Positions 21,401 through 30,950 of a stretch of 64,000 nt of DNA are shown one piece after another (position 1 is the stretch's first letter; the number at the start of each line of letters is the position of its first letter). The stretch is taken from positions 12,977 through 76,976 of the forward strand of contig JBKUJR010000006.1 of assembly GCA_046952735.1 (NCBI GenBank), given 5' to 3'. The translations under genes and the position numbers were made by a program. The notes beneath the pieces are model-generated. The model worked only from the letters and a program-made list of their open reading frames with translations, searched no databases and had not been told where the DNA came from. Source of the stretch: Clostridia bacterium. Lineage in GTDB: Bacteria; Bacillota; Clostridia; UBA1212; UBA1255.

Positions 21401-24400
21401 GATTGCTCCTTTTGTATTGACCTCTGCAAAGAGTGTCAAGGTACAGATCCTGATTAACGGAAACGGTTCTGTGGATATTGACGCGGCACAGTTGGAAAAC
21501 AACGCTTTTGCCAATGCATACAATATGCTTGAAAACGGTAACTTTGAGCGTGGAACCAACAGCTGGAGCAAAACTGCAGGTGTATCCTATTCGACTAGCA
21601 CACGCTTTAATATGAGCAAATCTCTGTATATGTCCGGCAACCTTACTTCTTCCAGATATGCTTATCAGAAGGTGACGGTTAAGACAAGCCGTTCCACCCG
21701 TGAGACCTTTACACTGTCCGGTTGGGCTAAAGGTTACGGCATTGTGAACCGTGAGCGTGACTTTGCACAGGCTCCGCAGTTCAGGCTGCGTGCAGTAGTG
21801 AAGTATTACGATACAGCCTACAGGGAGTACGGTACTGAAACCTATACCGCCGATTTCTCACCTTGTACCGAGGAATGGCAGCTTGCATCCGTGCAGTTTG
21901 CAAAGGAAAAGTTCCGTACTATTCGGGATATTACCGTATATTGCGATTACAGCTATAACGTCGGCAGCGTATACTTTGATGATATCCAGCTTGTGCGTAA
22001 CAGCATTGAAACCAATCTCTCTGCAAGTGACTTCACGGTGGAAAGCACCGGAGGCACCGATTCTGACGAGACTGTGGAAGACGGAAAGAATACTGCTTCC
22101 GATACAACGCCTGATTTTCAGGAAGCAACAGATGCATTTGGAAATGCTCTGACCGAAACCACTTTTACTGACGGCGAATTCGGTACGATCTACCGTTCTT
22201 TCGGTTTCAATGCTGATAACGGTCAGCTTGCAGGAAATGATGCGGGTAATAACCTGATTCGTGAAACTGATGCAAGAGGAAACGATACCGAATATGCAGT
22301 TGACAGCGTAACCTCTCGCAACGAGGAAGTGATCGACAGATGTGGCAACAAGACTGCCTACGAGTATGACGCATACGGCAGAACTACAAAGGTAACAAGC
22401 TTTAAAGCTCGTCGTGATGAAAACAATAATCCGATCAGAGATAACAACTGTGAGATCGTCTATGATGCGATGGCCGATGTGTCTTACACTTACGACAGCT
22501 TTGACAATATGACCGAGATTGCTCGCGGCGACGGAATGAAGTATGCCCTTGCGTACAATGCTTTCCATAATCTTGAGTCGATCGGTGTAGACGGCAAAGA
22601 TGATAAGCTCGTCAAGTACGACTACAAGAATGGCAACGGCAGACTGAAATCCATCACTTATGCCAACGGTCATGTGATGAAGGCAACATACAATTCGATC
22701 GGTCAGATGGTTGCTGAAAAATGGTTTGCTAATGCATCCGCAACAACAGCCATTGCACACTACAAATATGTTTATGACGGTCAGGGCAACATCGTCCGCT
22801 CCATTGACATTTTACAGAAAAAAGAGTATACTTATTCTTACGAAGACGGCAGAATTATCCGTGCTACAGAGAGTGCAATTAAACTTGATGCAAACGAGAG
22901 CGTTATCGGTAAGACACTTCTTAATTCAATCCTGTATACCTATGATTACGAAGGCAAGCTGACTAAAAAGCGAATCATCCCGGCAAACGGCAGTGAGCGA
23001 GTCATCTACTATGAGAATATGGACGACAATACAGTTGTCAAGTTCACCGCAGGCGGAAAGACAGTAACCTCTCACAGCAAGACTGACAGCTTCGGCAGAA
23101 AGGTCTTCGATGAGCTTCAGCTTGGCACGGGATTTGTGTCAAGGCAGTTCCATTACCATGAGGGCGCGGTTACGCAGGAACACACGGATGCAGGGAAACT
23201 GAAATCCACTGCAACTACTCAGCTTGTGAGCCAGATTGTGCTTTCCGGCGGTCGTACAATTTCTTATGAGTACGATGCGGAAGAACGCATTACCAAGGTA
23301 ACCGACAGCATGGACGGTACAACCCTATACACTTATGATGCGCTTGGGCAGTTGCTTACAGAAACGCACAATGGCGAGCCTGTCAACACTATGGTGTATG
23401 ACAATTACGGTAACATTGTCAGCAAGAACGGCAAGGCGTACACCTACGACAGCACGTGGAAAGATCTGCTTACATCCTACGACGGGCAGTCCATTACCTA
23501 CGATGCACAGGGCAACCCGACAAGCTATCTCGGTCATACGTTGGAATGGGAAAAAGGGCGTCAGCTTAAGAACTTTGACAACAACACATATACCTACAAT
23601 GCAAATGGCATCCGTACATCTAAGACCGTAAACGATGTTAAGCACGAATATGTTCTTGACGGAAGCAAGATTCTTAAAGAGGTATGGAATGAGAATACAC
23701 TTATTCCAATGTACGATAATGAGGAAAGTGTTTGCGGTATCATCTTCAAAAATATACCGTACTATTTCCAGAAAAATCTGCAGGGGGACATTATTGCTAT
23801 CGCAGATAAGAATGCGAAGGTTGTTGCAAAATACTCCTATGATGCTTGGGGCGTTTGTACGGTAATAAGCGATATTTCCGAAACCAATATCGCGGCCGTT
23901 AACCCATACAGATACAGAGGATATTACTATGACTCCGAGATAGGTATGTATTATCTACAATCTAGATATTTCAATCCTATAGTTGGAAGATTTGTTAATG
24001 TGGATGAAACATGCTTTATTCCGTCTGACTTTTCGTTATCTACAAACTTGTGGACTTATTGCTTAAATAATGCAACAAACTATACTGACTCGAAAGGTTT
24101 CTTTGGGACACCGATCCAATGGGCATGTGCTATTATTGGAGGAGTCGCCGGGTGGTTCTTTGGAGATTATGTTGCACGAGGAATCGGACTGTTTCCTGGA
24201 AAATGGTGGCAATGGCAAACCGCTGCTTATTGGGCTGTAAGAGGTTTGGTTGTTGTTGGCGGTGCTGTTTTAGGATATGTTGCTGGAACAGTACTTCTTA
24301 AATTGGCCACCAAGTATTTGCTAATGAATTCATGGGTCGCCTCTCGCATGCCTAAAATCTTGTTGTGGTTTTTGGGTATGGGCGGCGCAGCAGGACAGGT

Positions 24401-24683
24401 TGCAAATGATATGTTTTCAAGATATGCCGGGCATATATTTTCTAATGATCATATTAGAAATGGGATTATGAGGCTAGGGACATCACAAAGAGATATATTC
24501 AATAAGATTTTTAACATAATTAGTTCTAAAATTGGTCAGGCTCAAAACGGAAGTAATCAAATATATGCGACTATCAAGGGAATTAAGGTAACCATTAGGT
24601 TTTACTTCCAAGATGGACAATTTAGAAGTATTAATGCCTTTATTGGATGGGCTAAAGATGTTATAGGAAAACTGTTGAAATAA
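18465..24683 (+). CDS. RHS/YD-repeat polymorphic toxin (2072 aa) with a C-terminal glycine-zipper-rich toxin domain
   Basis: Many YD repeats (YTYDALGQLLTE, YDNYGNIVS, YTYNANGIRTSKT). RHS-associated core PYRYRGYYYDSEIGMYYLQSRYFNPIVGRFVNVDE...NLWTYCLNNATNYTDSKGF. The CT region that follows has GxxxG-rich hydrophobic segments. Confidence 0.9.
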   Translation: MENKNYFAGEMTNAIEQDIVLAPDSVEKESEPEIKDSAISLNTEDIASEDVISKEMEASFEVEETPVKAVRVNEIPELRGENSKVFRMSDGTEQAVFYVEPIHVLNDETQCFEAADTELTEKDNAFVSGKTRFTAEFSKDESNDELFHITDGSHRVTVLVAKIGRQKQDTVAALKKVTADETAAAVDQIADKVTFAKVEADADITYSLTASGVKEDIVVREKADVYRYSFLLRMENVAPEFDEEERRIAFMDLENGEEVFHIPAPFMTDADGNLSSCVSYDVKELDSGEMLLTVTADSEWLNAEERVFPVVIDPQIKVSGTSAMTTYSWVGGRMSSASTHTIGTNGSGDGNCNANRMYMKLTMPTLSLNPRIKKAELKFYQSSGSTQCGGCPKLGLYQVTDSIVTGTCTPVASSDLIDYDTMKTGHCEDGEVISYTFDITKLLDAVNKGETSYANLVLKMLDETSSCNDKIVLYGSSYGGTYAPQLVVTYESSYGVNTSYRTHTHELGRFGQGSIDLACGNLMFESEDFAWASNKMPVILKHLYNSALASYQYTANSTIKLNTANFSAMKLGCGFRLNVMQSMVSASFQHEGTAYTGYVYIGENGEETYFKKSSKTCTCSSNTQCYNLYEDVNGGDMLYDPEKRTLTSGEDIYAFDTSGRLLKVTSGKNSIVITYTSGRISSVTDGAGRIFGFAYNASGFLTSVTAPDGTNILYTYSGNLLSTVTYPNGKKVTISYSSNKPTQIVLLEDGTNVYKVSYTYSGNRVASVTEYGYENGTAVKGASTAYSYSAASRRTIATTTEQKEDGESANNVIKTVYTFDDDGNIVSEYVYSQDIGNIGADGEESGINPHSGDGGAGVVSNINNLLVNHSFETLDNWTSMPCNCGSFFISNYNNDSYAKFGGKTCWMRNHGQERGINGIYQVTNVLPAGNYTFSAYARIDGAFSGCEDSGVFIRVTDTSDNILVESERLVSYDTEYIRLIAPFVLTSAKSVKVQILINGNGSVDIDAAQLENNAFANAYNMLENGNFERGTNSWSKTAGVSYSTSTRFNMSKSLYMSGNLTSSRYAYQKVTVKTSRSTRETFTLSGWAKGYGIVNRERDFAQAPQFRLRAVVKYYDTAYREYGTETYTADFSPCTEEWQLASVQFAKEKFRTIRDITVYCDYSYNVGSVYFDDIQLVRNSIETNLSASDFTVESTGGTDSDETVEDGKNTASDTTPDFQEATDAFGNALTETTFTDGEFGTIYRSFGFNADNGQLAGNDAGNNLIRETDARGNDTEYAVDSVTSRNEEVIDRCGNKTAYEYDAYGRTTKVTSFKARRDENNNPIRDNNCEIVYDAMADVSYTYDSFDNMTEIARGDGMKYALAYNAFHNLESIGVDGKDDKLVKYDYKNGNGRLKSITYANGHVMKATYNSIGQMVAEKWFANASATTAIAHYKYVYDGQGNIVRSIDILQKKEYTYSYEDGRIIRATESAIKLDANESVIGKTLLNSILYTYDYEGKLTKKRIIPANGSERVIYYENMDDNTVVKFTAGGKTVTSHSKTDSFGRKVFDELQLGTGFVSRQFHYHEGAVTQEHTDAGKLKSTATTQLVSQIVLSGGRTISYEYDAEERITKVTDSMDGTTLYTYDALGQLLTETHNGEPVNTMVYDNYGNIVSKNGKAYTYDSTWKDLLTSYDGQSITYDAQGNPTSYLGHTLEWEKGRQLKNFDNNTYTYNANGIRTSKTVNDVKHEYVLDGSKILKEVWNENTLIPMYDNEESVCGIIFKNIPYYFQKNLQGDIIAIADKNAKVVAKYSYDAWGVCTVISDISETNIAAVNPYRYRGYYYDSEIGMYYLQSRYFNPIVGRFVNVDETCFIPSDFSLSTNLWTYCLNNATNYTDSKGFFGTPIQWACAIIGGVAGWFFGDYVARGIGLFPGKWWQWQTAAYWAVRGLVVVGGAVLGYVAGTVLLKLATKYLLMNSWVASRMPKILLWFLGMGGAAGQVANDMFSRYAGHIFSNDHIRNGIMRLGTSQRDIFNKIFNIISSKIGQAQNGSNQIYATIKGIKVTIRFYFQDGQFRSINAFIGWAKDVIGKLLK

Positions 24684-24688
24684 TTATT

Positions 24689-25387
24689 TTGGACATCTAT
24701 AATGGCTACAATAAATTTGTAGCCATTATAGAACCGTATAGGAGGAGAAAAATGTTTCCGTTATCACAATTTGAACTTATTGAAGAATATGATGGTGAAA
24801 AGATACTTTACGAATATCAAAAAGATTTGATATTCGATATCGAATATGAGCCACACAAAATAATTAATTTAGCTTTATTGCAAACTTTGGGTACCATAGG
24901 TAGATATGATGTTGCTATAGAAGTATTAAAATATGGCATTGAAGTCACATCAGATATTCGGGCTTGTGTAATTGGTTTTTATCTTTCTGTAATGTGGAAC
25001 GGGGATTTATCCTGCTTTGAACCCAAACTGGAAGATTCTTACTTTGTGGCCAGCAAAGAGTATCAATCTATTACAAATCTTTTATTTGCAATGAAATATC
25101 GAAATCAACATAATTTTCCTTTGACGAAGAGATATTTGGAAAAATCGATTTTATTGTGCGACCAATATGTTAATAATCATCTCATGTACGCATTTTATTG
25201 TTCTAAAAATGATAGAAAAAAACATTTGGACAGCGCAAGAAACAATCTTGATTATCCTCAACAGAACAAGGAAGATTACACTTCTTTAGAGAAGATCACG
25301 GATCCAGATAATTATATTGGTGAATTTATTACAGGTAACATGATGTGTATAGACACATTTGAGTCAATTGTAAATACAATAAAGTAA
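24689..25387 (+). CDS. putative cognate immunity protein of the RHS toxin
   Basis: Starts 6 nt after the RHS stop. Low-GC, helical 232-aa protein. A paralog (27455-28057) follows the orphan CT. Confidence 0.6.
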   Translation: MDIYNGYNKFVAIIEPYRRRKMFPLSQFELIEEYDGEKILYEYQKDLIFDIEYEPHKIINLALLQTLGTIGRYDVAIEVLKYGIEVTSDIRACVIGFYLSVMWNGDLSCFEPKLEDSYFVASKEYQSITNLLFAMKYRNQHNFPLTKRYLEKSILLCDQYVNNHLMYAFYCSKNDRKKHLDSARNNLDYPQQNKEDYTSLEKITDPDNYIGEFITGNMMCIDTFESIVNTIK

Positions 25388-25438
25388 AATAAACACTTGA
25401 TTATCAAAGTTGTAATGGCAGCTTCTCTATAGTGTTAT

Positions 25439-25480
25439 CCCCCTTTCAGGTTTTGACTTGAAAAGGGGGAGGCTTTTTTC
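25439..25480 (+). terminator. rho-independent terminator after the immunity gene
   Basis: Stem CCCCCTTT...AAAGGGGG followed by GGCTTTTTTC. Confidence 0.5.
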
Positions 25481-25485
25481 ACTAT

Positions 25486-27419
25486 AAGTATGTCTATGAC
25501 GGTTAGGGCAACATCGTCCACTCTATTGACATTTTGCAGAAAAAAGAGTATACTTATACTTATTCTTACAAATTCTTACAAAGACGGCAGAATTATCCGT
25601 GCTGCGGAGACCGATATTACGATTGACGCAAACGAGACCATCACCGGCAAAACGCTTGTTAATTCCATTGTCTACAGCTATGACTCCGACGGCAAGCTGA
25701 CAAAGAAGCGGATTATTCCTGCAAGTGGCAGCGAGCAGGTCATCTACTACGAGAACAGTGACAACAATACCGTTGTGAAGTTCAACGTAGGTGGAAAAAC
25801 GGTAACTTCTCACAGTAAGACTGATAGTTTCGGAAGAAAAGTCTTTGATGAATTACAGCTCGGCACAGGCTTTGTGTCGAGACAGTTCCATTACCATTCA
25901 GGTGAGGTTATGGGTGAGAATAAGGAAAATGCAAAACTGAAATCTTCCCCAACTACGCAGCTCGTGAGCCAGATCGTGCTTTCCGGCGGTTGTACAATTT
26001 CTTATGAGTATGATGCGGAAGAGCGCATTACCAAGGTAACCGACAGCGTGGACGGCATCACCGAATACACATACGATGCACTTGGTCAGTTGTTGACCGA
26101 GAAGCACAATGGCGAAACTGTCAACACGATGGTATATGACAACTACGGTAACATCGTCAGCAAGAACGGCAAGGCGTACACCTATGACAGCACGTGGAAA
26201 GACCTGCTTGTATCCTACGGGCAGTCTATTGCTTACGATGCGCAGGGCAACCCGGCATCTTACCTTGGACATACGCTCACTTGTGAAAAGGGGCGTCAGC
26301 TTAAATCCTTTGACGGTATCCAGTACACCTACAATGCAAATGGTGTCAGAACAAGCAAGACAGTAAACGGAGTTAAACACACTTATACGCTCGACGGTTC
26401 AAAGATTCTTCGTGAGGTATGGGAAAACAACACTTTGATTCCGTTGTACGATAACGAGGATAGCGTATGCGGCATCATCTATAACAACGACCCCTTCTAC
26501 TTCCAGAAGAACCTGCAGGGTGATGTTATCGGTATCGTTGACAAGGATGCTGAGGTTGTTGCGAAATACTCCTATGATGCGTGGGGTGTATGTACTATAA
26601 CAAACGATACTTCGAGCGTTGGTATTGCTACAGTAAACCCGTATCGTTATAGGGGATATTACTATGACTCCGAGATTGATATGTATTATTTGCAGAGCAG
26701 GTATTACAATCCTACCGTCGGTAGATTTATAAGTGAGGATGAAACATGCTTTATTCCGTCTGATTTTTCATTATCTACAAACTTGTAGACTTATTGCTTA
26801 AATAATGCAACAAATTATACTGACTCGAAAGGTTTCTTTGGAACACCGATTCAATGGGCATGTGCTATTATTGGAGGAGTCGCCGGATGGTTCTTTGGAG
26901 ATTATGTTGCGCGAGGAATCGGACTGTTTCCTGGAAAATGGTGGCAATGGCAAAACGCTGCTTATTGGGCTGTAAGAGGCTTGGTTGTTGTCGGGGGGTG
27001 CTGTTTTAGGGTATGTTGCTGGAACAGTACTTCTTAAATTGGCCACCAAGTATTTGCTAATGAATTCATGGGTCGCTTCTCGCATGCCTAAAATCTTGTT
27101 GTGGTTTTTGGGCATGGGCGGTGCATCAGGACAGGTTGCAAATAATCTATATGCAAATTACGAAAGTCATATTTTTTCCAGACAACATATTGCCGATGGA
27201 ATAATGAGATTAGGCTCATCACAAAGGGATATATTTAATAAAATATTCAATGTGCTGAGTTCGAAAATTCAATATGTTGTTAACGGTTCCAATCAAACAC
27301 ATACAACAATAAAAGGGATTAAAGTGACTATTCGATTTTATTTTATGGATGGTCAAATAAAGAGTCTTGATGCTTTTATTGGTTGGGCAGGACGAATTAT
27401 CGGTAAATTGCTGAAGTAA
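25486..27419 (+). pseudogene. orphan RHS C-terminal cassette (duplicate of main RHS 22775-24683 region plus a diverged CT), inactivated
   Basis: About 80% nucleotide identity to the main gene. In-frame stop TAG at 26786-26788 where the main gene has TGG (24051-24053). A +1 G insertion in the G6 run at 26993-26998. Messy 5' junction with a short duplication. Confidence 0.8.
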
Positions 27420-27454
27420 TGAATGTTCTCTATGGTCAAGGTTAATTTGACCGC

Positions 27455-28057
27455 TTGGAGGTTGTTATGATGGATTTAAATATGTTCAATCTAATTCAGA
27501 AATCTGAAAATGCAGAAATGTATATGTATCAGCAAAAATTAATAAATAAAATTGATGACAGAAATGGCGAGAATGCAATTAAATTGGCATTACTTTTAAC
27601 ACTTGCTCCGATAGGAGATTATACAGAAGCATTAAAGATTTTATTGTTTTTTTCTGAACTTTTTTCAAATGTAAAATTAGAAATTATAAAGTATTATTTT
27701 TTGTTACAATGGGGAACGGGCATTGATCTTGAACAAATAAAGGTGTTACTCTCGACGAAAAATTATGACAGTGAAACAGAATCACTATTTTACTATTTGA
27801 TGGCTTTGCAATTAGAGCGATTCGGAAATAAAAAAGAAGCGGCAGAAAAAATTGCATTGTCAGTAGAGAAATGTTCTGATCATGTAAATAATATCTTAAT
27901 GTATGTTAAATATTTCAAAAAAGAAGAAGCTTTATATTTGCGGAAAGCAAAAAGTAATTTGAAAATTATTGATTGCTTGGGTGTGGATTCATATGTTAAT
28001 CCAAATATGTTTATAGGAGAACATATTAGCGGAATATATAAATTGAAAATTGATTAA
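27455..28057 (+). CDS. orphan immunity protein (paralog of 24689-25387)
   Basis: Shared motifs: LALLLTLAPIGDY vs LALLQTLGTIGRY; CSDHVNNILMYVKYF vs CDQYVNNHLMYAFYC; FIGEHISG vs YIGEFITG. Confidence 0.6.
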   Translation: MEVVMMDLNMFNLIQKSENAEMYMYQQKLINKIDDRNGENAIKLALLLTLAPIGDYTEALKILLFFSELFSNVKLEIIKYYFLLQWGTGIDLEQIKVLLSTKNYDSETESLFYYLMALQLERFGNKKEAAEKIALSVEKCSDHVNNILMYVKYFKKEEALYLRKAKSNLKIIDCLGVDSYVNPNMFIGEHISGIYKLKID

Positions 28058-28067
28058 TCAGATCAAA

Positions 28068-28415
28068 GAATGGCAAGGCATATACCTATGACAGCACATG
28101 ACGTGATCTTCTTACTTCATATGACAGTCAGTCCATTACTTACGATGCACAGGGCAATCCGACAAGCTATCTCGGTTATACTCTGACATGGGAAAAAGGA
28201 AGACAGCTTAAGTCCTTTGACGGCATCACCTATACTTACAACGCAAACGGTATCCGTACATCCAAAACGGTTGGTGGTGTTAAGCACGAATATGTTCTTG
28301 ACGGAAGCAAGATTCTCAAAGAAGCTTGGGACGGTAATACCCTCGTTCCTCTGTACGATAACGAGGATAGCGTATGTGGTATCATCTACAATAACGAACC
28401 GTACTATTTCCAAAG
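28068..28415 (+). pseudogene. third RHS fragment (homologous to main RHS about 23440-23770), truncated at the junction with the intron remnant
   Basis: Translates to ...TYDAQGNPTSYLGYTLTWEKGRQLKSFDGITYTYNANGIRTSKTV...DNEDSVCGIIYNNEPYYFQ. Homology ends abruptly at 28413-28415. Confidence 0.7.
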
Positions 28416-28520
28416 TAAAGCTTGCCGCAAGAAGTCAGCAGAAGCCATAGTACCTGATTATTCAGGGAAGGGCTGAACAATCGTAAGTTTCGAGTAAAGG
28501 CCGGAAGGAGGTCTGGAGCG

Positions 28521-29668
28521 ATGAAAGCAGAAAACCGAAAGGGCTGCCCGCAAAGGGAAAGCGTGGAACGCGAAGAGTATGCGGGAGTGCAAAGCACCAG
28601 ACGTCGGGAAGGCGTGGAAAGGAACGGTGTGTCAGACCTGCTGGAAAGGATTCTGGACAGAAACAATCTGAACAGAGCCTACAAGCGGGTCAAATGCAAT
28701 CACGGAGCGCCAGGAATGCAATCGCACAGCAGCTAAGGCAAATCTATGAACTGATCTTTTCAGACGGCAGCTATGGTTATCGTCCGGGGAGAAGTGCACA
28801 GCAGGCTATTCAAAAGGGGAAGGAGTATGCACAGCAAGGGTATACCCATGCTGTGTCAGTAGACTTGCCCAAATATTTCGATACCCTCAATCATGAACTG
28901 CTAATGAATCTTATGCGCAAAGAAATCTAAGACAAGCGAGTCATAGACTTGATTAAGAAGTATCTCAAAAGCGGCGTCATGGAAAATGGCCTTGTCATCA
29001 GGACACAAGAAGGAGCGCCGCAAGGCGGGCCGTTATCACCGTTACTGACGAATATCTACCTGAACGAATTTGACAGGGAAATGGAACGCCGTGGCGTTCG
29101 GTTTATCCGGTATGCGGATGATATTGTTGTGCTGGCAAAGAGCAAGCGAGCTGCCGGACGATTGCTGGAATCATGCCGAAGATACCTCGAGGGGAAATTG
29201 AAACTCAAAGTCAACACTGAAAAGAGTAAAGCAGTCAGCGTTCTGGCTATTAGCACTTCAAATTTCTTGGCTTTTGTTTGGGTAAGAATGGCAGCGGTAT
29301 CCTATATCCGCGCACATAGGAAATCCTTGGCAAAAGCCAAGCGAAAGCTCAAAAAGCTGACTCGCCGCAACCAGGGCTGCAATGTCCGCAAAGTCATGGA
29401 AAACGTTAAAATCTTTATCCGTGGCTGGATTGACTGCTTCTATGTGGCTGATATGAAGCGAATACTGCAAAGCTGGAACGAATGGCTGCGAAGAAGATTC
29501 AGCATGTACATCTGGAAACAATGGAAGAAGCCTAAAACCCGCATTCAAAACCTGTGCATACTGGGGATTTCACACTTACAGGCTTACCAGTGGGGCAATT
29601 CCAGATTGGGTTACTGGCGCGTTGCCGGCAGTCAAATCTTAGCGTGTTCCATTATCGATGTTATTTAA
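28521..29668 (+). mobile_element. group II intron remnant: RT/maturase (IEP) split across three frames, 5' ribozyme domains missing
   Basis: RT domain 0 LLERILDRNNLNRAYKRVKCNHGAPG; RT domains in 28694-28930; YADD motif (RFIRYADDIVVLA); maturase/X domain (IRGWIDCFYVAD...). Only about 100 bp separate the RHS fragment from the IEP start, and no GUGYG 5' end is present. Confidence 0.75.
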
Positions 29669-30146
29669 GTGGCCATGGTGTTTGGAAGTGTTCATTTGAT
29701 TGTTATATGATTTGTATTGAAGACGCAGTCAAAATTGAAAAGTCATTTATTGAAAAATGCTTTACTCATATAAAAATTTTAATTTTTATAGCCAGGAAAT
29801 TCAATTAAAGGAAACAAACGAAGTAATTGGACGAATTCGCGGTCGGGATCCTGACGATAGTGTAAGTCAAGTAGAAATTGTTTAAATTTCTCAAAATGCA
29901 GCTTTTCTCTATACTATGAAACAAAATTTTGCCCTTCAAGCTATGATTTGAACAGGAAATTTTTTTATTATGTGTTTTAACGACTGAAAATTAAAAAGTA
30001 CCACATAATTTTCTGTATTTTTAACAAAGCTATAATAAATTTATGCTGCATCTTTTTCAAAATAAAGCCAAGTGACACAGTAATAGTTACAATTCACGTC
30101 CGATAAAATCTGACGGTTTATATAAAGTAACATTAACGAAAAAATA

Positions 30147-30174
30147 TTGACAATAAATAAAAAAGTGGTAAAAT
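30147..30174 (+). promoter_or_regulatory. strong sigma-70-type promoter upstream of the cas operon: -35 TTGACA (30147-30152), extended -10 TGgTAAAAT (30166-30174)
   Basis: Near-consensus hexamers with a 16-nt spacer in an AT-rich (about 27% GC) 600-bp leader. Confidence 0.45.
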
Positions 30175-30281
30175 TTAAATAAATAATTTATAAGGAAAAT
30201 TCATAATATTGAATTTAATCTATAAATCCGGCAAGAATATTATTTTTTATAATAACAAAGAAACGAAAGGAGGAGAGTATT

Positions 30282-30950
30282 TTGGTAAAGCCATATCCCC
30301 TTGAGATGGAGATATCAGGCAACACAGCGATGTGGACACGACCGGATACGGGCGATTGTCCGGTGAGTTATCCAGCCCCCACGTATTCTGCAGTCAAAGC
30401 GATATTCGAGTCTGTTTTGTGGGGGCCGGATATAGAGATTATCCCGACTAAAGTGGAATTGTGCAAACCCGTGCAATATCATACCTATTGTACAAATTAC
30501 GGTGGGCCGCTGCGGAGCACATCTGCAATCAAACAAGGAAATAGTTATCAGCTATACGCCACGGTGTTGATCGATGTCTGCTACAAGCTATACGCGCAAG
30601 TTGTGCCAAATCACAACAAAAAAGACCAGCCACCCACGGCTTTACAATGGGACATGAAAACCACTTCTCCCGGACACGCTTACCAAAGCATTTTTCAGCG
30701 TCGTTTGAAACGCGGCCAGTCTTTTTCTACGATTTCGCTTGGCTGGAGTGAGTTTACCCCCAACTACTTTGGCGAGCTTCGTGATACGACAAAGCTGCTG
30801 GATAATTTGCCTGATATCATCATCCCCTCCATGCTTAGACAAGTATTTTCTAAAGGCTATAACTCTCCGGTTTCCTACACCTATGACAATAATTTAGTGA
30901 TACAGAATGGGACGCTGGAATATCCAAAACGAGGCGTAGATTATGATTAA
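30282..30950 (+). CDS. cas5: Cas5 (type I-C Cas5c/Cas5d-like)
   Basis: 222 aa. YPAPTYSAVKAIFESVLWGPDIEIIPTKVELCKPVQY matches the Cas5d pattern Y.vPTpSAvrGileAI.WkP.i...v.rI.vl.PI, and QLYATVLIDVCYKLYAQV matches RATLALRDVAYVIEAHF. TTG start with AAAGGAGGAG RBS. Confidence 0.7.
   Translation: MVKPYPLEMEISGNTAMWTRPDTGDCPVSYPAPTYSAVKAIFESVLWGPDIEIIPTKVELCKPVQYHTYCTNYGGPLRSTSAIKQGNSYQLYATVLIDVCYKLYAQVVPNHNKKDQPPTALQWDMKTTSPGHAYQSIFQRRLKRGQSFSTISLGWSEFTPNYFGELRDTTKLLDNLPDIIIPSMLRQVFSKGYNSPVSYTYDNNLVIQNGTLEYPKRGVDYD

Noticed and set aside
20703-22760. Minus-strand ORFs of 163 and 300 aa inside the RHS gene.
   Set aside because: Antisense to a 6.2 kb uninterrupted, motif-rich RHS ORF. Cys/Val-rich spurious translations.
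28415-29900. Considered an intact, mobile group II intron.
   Set aside because: No GUGYG 5' end. About 100 bp between the upstream boundary and the IEP start, so domains I-III are absent. The IEP is split into three frames and lacks an En domain. No clear domain V hairpin downstream.
29669-30281. Looked for a CRISPR array (regular 28-37 bp direct repeats) in the AT-rich leader upstream of cas5.
   Set aside because: No repeated units with regular spacing. The sequence is unique AT-rich DNA carrying only a promoter-like element.
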